From a bacterium (GTDB lineage Bacteria > Patescibacteriota > Saccharimonadia > Saccharimonadales > UBA4665): DNA of 28,640 nucleotides. Shown here one piece after another: positions 7,931 through 15,601 of the stretch (its first letter is position 1; the number at the start of each line of letters is the position of its first letter). The notes below the pieces were generated by a model. It saw only the letters and a program-made list of their open reading frames with translations, was not told the origin of the DNA and searched no databases. The DNA is taken from assembly GCA_029549845.1 (NCBI GenBank), contig JAKPIL010000066.1, positions 1-28,640 on the forward strand, in the 5' to 3' direction. The position numbers and the translations under genes are program-made.

Positions 7931-8188
7931 CTAGCGGTTACCGAGCCACCAGCGCTTCAGTAGCGAAACGGTCAGCGTTGACAGCAGGAACCCAATGACC
8001 GGCACCAGGGCGTTCAGCCACGGACTGATATGTATAACAAAGTGCAGGTACGCCACAACGGTCAGATAGGTGAGCAGCATGATAGCTGCGCGGCGCAGCC
8101 AGCTGGTTTCCCAGGCCTTATCCGCCTCTACCCGCGCGTTGCGCTCCTCGAGTGCAATAATTCTTTCTTCCAGTGAAGGCTGTTTCAT
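7931..8188 (-). CDS. small hypothetical membrane protein, 85 aa
   Basis: Coiled-coil-like N-terminus (LEERNARVEADKAWETS), two TM helices and a basic C-terminus. TGCTACAAT 8 nt before ATG 8188. Confidence 0.75.
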   Translation of the reverse strand: MKQPSLEERIIALEERNARVEADKAWETSWLRRAAIMLLTYLTVVAYLHFVIHISPWLNALVPVIGFLLSTLTVSLLKRWWLGNR

Positions 8189-8216
8189 ATATAGCCATTG
8201 TAGCATCTCTAGGAAG

Positions 8217-8245
8217 TTGACAGAGCATAAGCTATTTGCTATAAT
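8217..8245 (+). promoter_or_regulatory. perfect sigma70 consensus promoter
   Basis: TTGACA (8217-8222), 17 nt, TATAAT (8240-8245), with TG extension, 9 nt before ATG 8255. Confidence 0.8.
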
Positions 8246-8254
8246 ACAAAAACT

Positions 8255-9416
8255 ATGTTATTCAATCGTGAGCAACTTCCCGGACCTCCTCAAGGCACCG
8301 AGCTGTCTCATGAAAGCGATGCTAATCGTGAAGAGCTGTACCAAAATATCCAGGTTATGCTCGAGAACTTAAGTTACGCTGACCCTCATGTGAGGGAAGA
8401 GTGTTTCTTTAGTGTGATCTTTGATACGGAGGGCGAGAGGGCTGAACATGAACACCCGGGTTCTGCATGGAAAGTTACTATATATGATCTACCAAAGTAC
8501 CAGGGGGGGTGCAGTTAGTGGCAGGAAAAAGGCATTTAGTATATACCGGGCAGAACGGAGGGAACGCATCGGGTTAAGTAGTTTTGAAGACTTGCATGGC
8601 GACGTCTCTTTATTTATTCATAAACCGAGCGGAACCACCGGGATTACCACTATGTGGCTAGAAGAGTTATCAGGTAGCCAGGGCCTGGTAACAGTTTCTA
8701 GGACGGTGGCCGAAAAACTAAGTATTTTTGACGAAAAGCTAGGATCAGTCACCCTTAGCAAAGAAGAATATGATAGGCTCTGGGGTGCATTATGGGACGA
8801 TGCTCAGGATACGGGCGCACCAACAATGTACGACATGCACCAAGAATTGGTACTGCCAAATGGCAGCAAGGTAACGGTATCTGCACTGAGCGACAGGAAA
8901 AAGCCGAGTGGTGGATTCCTCCCGGACGAGCAAAAACCTATACAATCCTTAAAAATTCAGACAGCCGATTTTACGTATATTCGCACGGTTGAAAACGGTG
9001 TTGTGTCATCAGAGTCCTATAGGGAGCCTATCCCGAAAGACCTGCCGGCACTGACAGAAGAAGAGCGTGAGCGGCACCGCTACTGTGTTATTCCTTCGCG
9101 GATGGCACGACCCATGGCCGAAGGGGCACTAACGCCAAGCGGAGAGCTATCTAGCCCTGAGCCAGGTGGTAATTTTGCGGTCGTCGCAGCAGATGTTGGT
9201 GGTCCATTAACGACGACATCCACAACGTATCACAAAACTACTGAAGAAGCGCAAGCTTGGGCGGATAGGTTGTACCAGAAGGAACTTTACAGAGACCGCA
9301 CTTCAAGCAAGGTTACCTATACGCATCTCAAAAGGACGCATGATACATTGCGAGCGGCAATTATGCAGCGCTACAGAGATAATGCCGTAATAGGAAACCT
9401 CGAAGAACAGTTCTAA
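8255..9416 (+). pseudogene. hypothetical gene split into ORFs 8255-8518 and 8421-9416 by a frameshift at a G7 tract (phase-variable, pseudogene or sequencing error)
   Basis: Removing one G from GGGGGGG (8503-8509) joins ...PKYQGG to AVSGRKK..., giving 386 aa. Only ORF1 has a promoter-proximal ATG. Confidence 0.55.
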
Positions 9417-9449
9417 CCAACGTGTACGTACTGCTGCTACAATATGTAT

Positions 9450-10403
9450 ATGAACATAACTTTGCCGGGCGGGCGGTATGTAGTGGCGGTGAGCGGAGGA
9501 GTAGACTCTGTTGTATTGCTGCACATGCTGGCGCAACAGTACGACAATTCACAAACAAATCCCAAAGCTCAAACGCCACATGCAAAAACTACCATCCAAC
9601 ATCCAACATCCAACATCCAGCTAGTCATAGCGCATTTCGACCACGGCATACGAACAGACTCGACAGAAGACCGCAAGCTTGTGCAGAAGCTTGCGAAACA
9701 CTATGGGCTGTCATTTGTGTACGACCGGGCAGAGCTGGGGGCGGGGGCAAGCGAGGCAGCCGCCCGCGACGCGCGCTATACATTCTTGACGAGTGTGAAA
9801 AAGGCTTCGGGCGCCGACGCTATCATCACGGCGCACCACGAAGATGATGTGCTAGAAACTATCATCATAAACTGGCTCCGGGGTACCAAAAGCCGGGGGC
9901 TTAGTTCGCTGCGCTCAAGCGAGCTAGTTAGGCGGCCAATGCTAGGGATGACCAAAAAACAGATACGAGCTTATGCGCATTTGCATGACCTGCAGTGGCG
10001 AGAAGACAGCACCAACGCCGATGAAAGCTACCTGCGCAACTATGTAAGAAAGCACATAGTGGGCAAGCTCGACGAAGCCGCGCGGGCAAGGCTGCTCGAA
10101 CACAGCGCCAAAGCCGCCGATTTGAATAATGCCATAAGCACGCTGGTAGAGACCTATTTGGCGCAGTACAGCACGCCAGAAAGCATAGACCGGCTTCACT
10201 ACCGGGAACTTCCAAAAGACGTTGCACGCGAAATCCTCGCCGAGTGGATTCGCCGCAATACTCCTGTGGGCGTGACGACCAAGTTGATCCTTCGCCTTGA
10301 CACAGCAATTCGCACCGGTCGGAACGGCACACAGGTCGACATAGCGAAAGGTATGACCCTCCGACTCGACCGCAATGAAGCTCACGTGGTCCACCCAAAC
10401 TAA
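9450..10403 (+). CDS. tilS: tRNA(Ile)-lysidine synthetase
   Basis: PP-loop AVSGGVDS, AHFDHGIR, ARDARY, TAHHEDD..ET, RRPML, EDSTN and YLRNYVR motifs. 317 aa with no long C-terminal domain. Confidence 0.95.
   Translation: MNITLPGGRYVVAVSGGVDSVVLLHMLAQQYDNSQTNPKAQTPHAKTTIQHPTSNIQLVIAHFDHGIRTDSTEDRKLVQKLAKHYGLSFVYDRAELGAGASEAAARDARYTFLTSVKKASGADAIITAHHEDDVLETIIINWLRGTKSRGLSSLRSSELVRRPMLGMTKKQIRAYAHLHDLQWREDSTNADESYLRNYVRKHIVGKLDEAARARLLEHSAKAADLNNAISTLVETYLAQYSTPESIDRLHYRELPKDVAREILAEWIRRNTPVGVTTKLILRLDTAIRTGRNGTQVDIAKGMTLRLDRNEAHVVHPN
9593..9620 (+). repeat. 7-bp tandem repeat (CATCCAA)x3 + CATCCAG inside tilS
   Basis: Read directly. Encodes IQHPTSNIQ within an extra low-complexity loop. Confidence 0.9.
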
Positions 10404-10410
10404 TCCGAAC

Positions 10411-10555
10411 CACGAAACTCGCACCCCTGTCATTCCGAGTACTGAACCTAGTTCAGTATAAACTCCGCCTCAGGAATCCCCTTCTTGCACTTGTAGCTAA
10501 CAGGCGAGAAGAAGATCTTCCCAACTTCGCTTTGCTTCGCTCAAGATGACATTTT
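10411..10555 (+). repeat. structured REP/MITE-like element, copy 1
   Basis: Imperfect terminal inverted repeats TGTCATTCCGAG (10428) and CTCAAGATGACA (ends 10551), internal hairpins. The first 109 nt match copy 2 with 3 mismatches. Confidence 0.9.
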
Positions 10556-10621
10556 GCCTATAGCTCAAAAATCGCAAATAATACTAGGCTCTGAGTCTCA
10601 ATACGTGTCCGCCAAGCAAAG

Positions 10622-12199
10622 TCATGAGTTACGAAGATCGTATTCCTTTCCTTTCTTAGCATCGTTACGAGTCAACAACACAAGTATGACGCTGCTCGCA
10701 GACGTCACTGCAGCTATGCTAAGCGGAGATGCATTTTTCAAAACGAAGCCAGTGTCAGGCACGCTTGGCACGTTGACAACGCGCAAGGCGATGTCATTCC
10801 CGTCTCCAGCTTTATACGAGATAGCCATGACATACCCGTTCGTAGTAAATGTTGTACCTTCAGGTAGGCCCTTAAATGTGCCAGTTATCGCATCACTACC
10901 GTCGTTCACCAATATTGTGAACTCTTGGTTCTTTGCCATCTTAAAATTATTGTAGGGTTCTACCTCTAGGGTGGCACCCCCGAGGCTTACCGTTCCGTTT
11001 ACGGTAAGTTGGTCATAGGAAATACACGAATCAGTTCCTCCCAGCTCTACACCATACACCGCACCCTCCTGATAGCTCACATTCCCGGTACTAAGACAGC
11101 CGGGGCTTTGACCAGGACGTACGCTACCCCCGGACTCCACCACCACATTTTTTACTAAGCCTGCACCCTTAAGGACGCCGCCACTATGTACAGTTATATC
11201 CCCGCTCTTACCATTTACAATTAGGGTGTATCCGCTATCTACCGCGTAAGCAGTGATGGAGTTATCTTGGTCAGCACTTATAACAGTTATGGCACTTGCT
11301 GCTGGGGTGGGGGTGTTCACAGGATGCAAGCTAGAAAAGTAAGAATCATCCATAGACGGAACGCGAGCTTTTATGAGGTTTTTATAGTACGTTGTTTTAT
11401 TAGATAAGGCAGTATCGGACTTATTCCATTCAACTAACTTACCATAGCCGTCATCGGTAAAAAGATAACCGTATAACTCTGCCATATCTTCTTCTATGCC
11501 AGATGTTGCATAACCAGTCGCAAAGCCCGTTACGGCATGCTCGCCCGATGGACAACTTCCTTGATAGCAACTTGCTCCACCCGAGCCATACACGAAGCCC
11601 GATGGATTATAGCTTACCCACGTTGTATCATTTGGACTCACGCTGCCCGTAAGAGAATAGGTAAGATAGTGATCAAACTCATGGTGGATAACATGACGCA
11701 TATAAGTATCATTCCCTGAGTCGGTATAGCCAATATCATATAGCATTGTTTTAAGACTAGGGTAGGGCGCTGCTGCTCTCATTTGAGTAGGGGTATAGGC
11801 CGTAACGCCATAGCCCTTTACAAACATAATCCGCTGTAAGTCAGTTACATGGACCCAAGCAGTTGGATATTTAGACCATTCTTCTATGAAATCTCTTGCC
11901 ATATACTTGAAGTTTGTTAAGTCACTATTTGCTAGGGGTACGCAAGCAACCTGATAGGAACTGTCCAGACCAGTACAGTCGGTGTCAAGCGTAAGGGAAT
12001 ATTGATTTAAAAAGCCGCCCATTGCAGTTTTTGCGGCCATAAGATCAGCTGCCGCTTCAACTCCGCTCATAGCAGTTTGTGTTTGAGATGTAGCTTTAGT
12101 TCCAACGACCGTCGCTGCACTCACGACAGGAACCTTGGCTAGCAAGAATATGCCGGAAGCTACAAGCGCCACCAGTCCTCGTAGGAATTTATGCTGCAT
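10622..12199 (-). CDS. secreted/surface zinc metallopeptidase (HExxH, Peptidase_Mx1-like) with a beta-rich passenger-like domain and a VPDTG C-terminal sorting signal
   Basis: Signal peptide, HHEFDH followed by GFATGYA...EEDMAE. C-terminal region VRPGQSPGCL...YDQLTVNGTVSLGGATL...YKAGDGNDIAL. VPDTG precedes a hydrophobic stretch and a charged tail. SD AAGGAG 8 nt before ATG 12199. Confidence 0.8.
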   Translation of the reverse strand: MQHKFLRGLVALVASGIFLLAKVPVVSAATVVGTKATSQTQTAMSGVEAAADLMAAKTAMGGFLNQYSLTLDTDCTGLDSSYQVACVPLANSDLTNFKYMARDFIEEWSKYPTAWVHVTDLQRIMFVKGYGVTAYTPTQMRAAAPYPSLKTMLYDIGYTDSGNDTYMRHVIHHEFDHYLTYSLTGSVSPNDTTWVSYNPSGFVYGSGGASCYQGSCPSGEHAVTGFATGYATSGIEEDMAELYGYLFTDDGYGKLVEWNKSDTALSNKTTYYKNLIKARVPSMDDSYFSSLHPVNTPTPAASAITVISADQDNSITAYAVDSGYTLIVNGKSGDITVHSGGVLKGAGLVKNVVVESGGSVRPGQSPGCLSTGNVSYQEGAVYGVELGGTDSCISYDQLTVNGTVSLGGATLEVEPYNNFKMAKNQEFTILVNDGSDAITGTFKGLPEGTTFTTNGYVMAISYKAGDGNDIALRVVNVPSVPDTGFVLKNASPLSIAAVTSASSVILVLLTRNDAKKGKEYDLRNS

Positions 12200-12297
12200 T
12201 TCTTCCACTCCTTGTTTTTATGTTTTAATTTATTTTCTTAATCATAATCTTAGTGGAATAAAAATGCAAATATTCATCCCTGAATTCTCATTCAAAT

Positions 12298-12544
12298 CAC
12301 GAAACTCGCACCCCTGTCGTTCCGAGTACTGAACCGAGTTCAGCATAAACTCCGCCTCAGGAATCCCCTTCTTGCACTTGTAGCTAACAGGCGAGAAGAA
12401 GATCTTTCGACTTCGCTTTGCTTCGCTCATATCTGAGGAGAGGCTTGCCTCTCCGCTTACGCGATTTGAAGTGAATTCAAATCGTCCGCCCTCTCCCTGA
12501 AGCCTTCGCTATCGCTCGGTTCGCTTTGCTCAAGATGACATTTT
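12298..12544 (+). repeat. structured REP/MITE-like element, copy 2, with a nested 103-bp insertion (12430-12532)
   Basis: Same orientation as copy 1. TGTCGTTCCGAG at 12315, CTCAAGATGACA ends at 12540. The insertion is flanked by GCTCA repeats. Confidence 0.9.
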
Positions 12545-12584
12545 TATGGTGTTTTTACGTTTCGTGGGTCCGCCCAAACTAAGC

Positions 12585-12613
12585 TTGCAAGCAAAGCATA
12601 AGCAGCGCATACT
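12585..12613 (+). promoter_or_regulatory. putative promoter of the ABC operon
   Basis: TTGCAA, 17 nt, CATACT, 7 nt before ATG 12621. Confidence 0.45.
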
Positions 12614-12620
12614 TTAACGT

Positions 12621-13442
12621 ATGCAGGAAGTGGACGATTCTGAAGCAAAGCAAGTCTACGCAAAGCAGTTGCTGGAGGCGTGCGGTGGTGACCCCAAACT
12701 CGCACTAGAGCAGCTCAAGATTGCCGCAAAAGCAAAGCGGAACGCTGCGAAGTACACTCCTAAAAATAGTGAAGTTATTGTCAGTGTTGACGGTGTAAGC
12801 AAATCGTACAAAATGGGCAAAACCCAGGTTGGGGCTCTTGAGAGCGTCAAACTAGATATATACAGGGGTGAATTTATAGCTATCACTGGTACAAGTGGGA
12901 GCGGGAAGAGCACGCTCTTGCAACTCATCGGTGGGCTCGATAAGCCATCGAAGGGAAAGATTACTGTAGGCGGTCAAGATCTCAGCAAACTCCGGGACGG
13001 AAAACTTTCGCGGTTTCGCAATCAAACCATAGGCTTCATATTTCAGTTTTTCTATTTACAGCCATTCCTGCGGCTTCAGACCAATATAGAGGTGCCAGCA
13101 ATGTTCGCTCGCACGAAACGGGTTACCCGCAAAGCTAAAAGCAGCGAGACTGCTGCAACCGTGGGGCTGAGCGACCGGCTGCGACACTATCCGCGCGAGC
13201 TGTCTGGCGGGCAAATGCAGCGAGCCGCTATAGCAAGAGCTCTCCAAAACAATCCAGAAATACTTCTGGCAGATGAGCCAACCGGTAATCTTGACCGCAC
13301 GAATGCCACCGCTATTTTTGACCTATTTAAAAAAATCCGGGACGAACAAGGCACAACCGTAATCGTAGTGACACATGATGTAGCGCTCGCAAGCCTGGCC
13401 GACCGTGCAATTCACATGAGCGATGGGAGAATTACAGCATGA
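12621..13442 (+). CDS. ABC transporter ATP-binding protein, LolD/MacB/FtsE type
   Basis: GTSGSGKST, LSGGQMQR, LADEPTGNLD and VVTHD motifs. Confidence 0.95.
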   Translation: MQEVDDSEAKQVYAKQLLEACGGDPKLALEQLKIAAKAKRNAAKYTPKNSEVIVSVDGVSKSYKMGKTQVGALESVKLDIYRGEFIAITGTSGSGKSTLLQLIGGLDKPSKGKITVGGQDLSKLRDGKLSRFRNQTIGFIFQFFYLQPFLRLQTNIEVPAMFARTKRVTRKAKSSETAATVGLSDRLRHYPRELSGGQMQRAAIARALQNNPEILLADEPTGNLDRTNATAIFDLFKKIRDEQGTTVIVVTHDVALASLADRAIHMSDGRITA

Positions 13443-15424
13443 TGACCCTTCACGATAGCGTGCAGTTGGCCGCAGCAAAGCTCAAAACGCACCGGGTTCG
13501 TACGGCTATAGTCGTTATCATTGCCTCGCTGCTCTTTGCCGGCATTGTGCTCGTACTGACTATGCTGACCGGGGCAGCTCGTAGCGCGCAATCGTTTGGC
13601 ACTGAAGGCCTGGGTAGCCGGTATATTGTGCAAGCGCGCCCGATTTTTGACCAACAGGTATTTTTTGCAGGTACACCAGAGATAATTGAAACGTTCAAGG
13701 CGCGTACAATCCAGCTCAAGGCAGATAAAAAGGCGGTCGCGAAAAAACTAAATCTTACCTACGACGCGACGACCGATACGAATCTACCGCTCATGGAGGG
13801 GAAGAACGGCAGTGGCGGCACCGAATATTACCTCAATAGCAACAACCCCGAAGTTCGTGAAGCATTGAACACCTACGCCCAAGCAATTCCGCACATCGCT
13901 TTTACGGATTTCTCGGCGTTAGCACACCAGGCTGGTGCCAAGCAGTTCTTCCAGAGTGCCACAAATCCAATGAACGGTGGATTTATGGTGGGTAGTTCGT
14001 CGCAAAGCTCTTCGGTTGTACCCATCCTTGGTGGAAAAGAGCAGTCAAACGACCAAAATAAAGGCGGAAATATGGGTGAGCCGCGGGGCGTGGGAACGAT
14101 TACGTCGCTGGGGATAACGTATTTTGATAGTAGCCTTATGACACCGTTTGTACTTCCGGGTCAAAACCTTGCATTAGGCAAAGATGGTGCGTTACCAGTG
14201 ATTGCACCAATGAGTGTGGCCGAGCAAGTGCTGGGTCTGCAGGCGTTACCTTCCACCGCGAATGCACAGCAGCGGCTCGACCGGCTTGTGCAGCTGCGGA
14301 CGAGTATAGCTGGCAAGACGGCGGATCTGTGCTACCGGAATAGTGCGAGCAGCGACCTACTGCAGCAGGCGAAACAACAAGAAAAGGACATTGCGGCGAA
14401 TAAAGGTAAGACTGGATACACTATGCCAGCGTTACAGTATGCCGCGCCAACAGATGCCTGTGGCGCCGTGAGCATCAAAAAGGACACTCGCTCAGCCGAA
14501 GAGAAAAAGCAAGCCGAAAACGAACTTACCTTTAAGAAGCAGTTTGAAGACTACCGGGAGCCTGACCAACAAATCATGAAGATTCGAATCGTTGGGTTTT
14601 CGCAGGACATGTCATTCCAGCCTGGATTTAGTGCCCGTAGCATCGTAGAGAGTGTGCTCCATACGGGGCTTGGCAGCGGCTGGTTTGCTCCGGCCGAGGC
14701 CGTGACAGACGGATCCGTCGCCGACAAGTTACAGCCTATGTTACGTAAGCGTATGAATACCGAGCTGGTGTACTACGCCGAATTCTCGAACCTTACGAGC
14801 GCCAAAAAGTTTGCAAAAGAAGCGAGCTGCGACAGCAAAGTATCCAGCAATATGATGGGTCCACCCCAGGTCGGACAGCAAGATCCGCGGGTGGTTGATT
14901 GTTATAAACAAGGAAAGTATTTTGATATATCACCATTTGGCAACAATGCAAGCGCCATAGAAGATATGCGCCGCGGGGTCTGGAAGGTCATGCGTTATGT
15001 TGCGCCTGCTGTGCTTGTGCTGGCCTCGTTGGTGCTTATGGGGATAGTTGGCAAAATTATTGCCGATAGTCGCCGCGAAACAGCTGTTTTCCGGGCGCTT
15101 GGTGCGACAAGATTTACGATAGCCCAGATATACCTTACCTATAGTTTGTTCATCGCCGCGTTTGTCATGATGCTTTCTTTCGTGATTGGTTCTGGGCTTG
15201 CACTTGCCTTGAGCCACAAACTGAGCCCTGATGCGTCAATAGCCGCGGTGCTTGCCTATAGTGCTCAGGATGTTCATAAACAGTTCACGTTTTACGGCGT
15301 AGACATGATGTATGTTGTGGTTATACTTGGGCTGATAGCGCTTGCAGCGTTACTGAGTACTGCCTTGCCGTTGCTCACAAATATACGGCGCAACCCGATC
15401 CGAGACATGCGCGACGAAAACTAG
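13439..15424 (+). CDS. FtsX/MacB-like ABC permease with a large extracytoplasmic domain
   Basis: RTAIVVII + TM1, ~490-aa extracellular region, then 3 TM helices with SRRETAVFRALGA. ATGA overlap with the ATPase gene. Confidence 0.88.
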   Translation: MMTLHDSVQLAAAKLKTHRVRTAIVVIIASLLFAGIVLVLTMLTGAARSAQSFGTEGLGSRYIVQARPIFDQQVFFAGTPEIIETFKARTIQLKADKKAVAKKLNLTYDATTDTNLPLMEGKNGSGGTEYYLNSNNPEVREALNTYAQAIPHIAFTDFSALAHQAGAKQFFQSATNPMNGGFMVGSSSQSSSVVPILGGKEQSNDQNKGGNMGEPRGVGTITSLGITYFDSSLMTPFVLPGQNLALGKDGALPVIAPMSVAEQVLGLQALPSTANAQQRLDRLVQLRTSIAGKTADLCYRNSASSDLLQQAKQQEKDIAANKGKTGYTMPALQYAAPTDACGAVSIKKDTRSAEEKKQAENELTFKKQFEDYREPDQQIMKIRIVGFSQDMSFQPGFSARSIVESVLHTGLGSGWFAPAEAVTDGSVADKLQPMLRKRMNTELVYYAEFSNLTSAKKFAKEASCDSKVSSNMMGPPQVGQQDPRVVDCYKQGKYFDISPFGNNASAIEDMRRGVWKVMRYVAPAVLVLASLVLMGIVGKIIADSRRETAVFRALGATRFTIAQIYLTYSLFIAAFVMMLSFVIGSGLALALSHKLSPDASIAAVLAYSAQDVHKQFTFYGVDMMYVVVILGLIALAALLSTALPLLTNIRRNPIRDMRDEN

Positions 15425-15601
15425 CTAAATAACCGAATCCGACACTGACTATTGGCTGAGGCAACGACCGGGGATGGCTCGAGGTATTCTGGAGGAAAAC
15501 TTCATCGCGCCTGGGATGCCCAGGGAAAAAATAGTCGCACAGTAGAATAATTTCCTTCGGGGGTCGTGTTCCAGGCATACCTGTTGTATACTATGTGGCA
15601 C

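Noticed and set aside
6105-9416. Possible island integrated at the tRNA
   Set aside because: No duplicated tRNA 3' end, integrase or att-like repeat seen in the window.
9593-9620. Short repeats as a CRISPR or phase-variation tract
   Set aside because: No spacers or cas genes. Single-unit changes would frameshift an essential gene.
12135-12430. ORFs 12135-12332, 12242-12430 and 10554-10955
   Set aside because: They are read-throughs of the repeat element or shadows of the peptidase gene, with no independent coding signals.
15429-15575. ftsH upstream region as a riboswitch/ncRNA (CCTGGG-atg-CCCAGG, CC-UUCG-GG, GACTATT/AATAGTC)
   Set aside because: The helices are few and partly incompatible, and ftsH appears to have its own proximal -10. 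The region also reads as a 38-codon open stretch (ITESDTDYWLRQRPGMARGILEENFIAPGMPREKIVAQ) that could be a gene relic. I cannot discriminate, so no feature is called.
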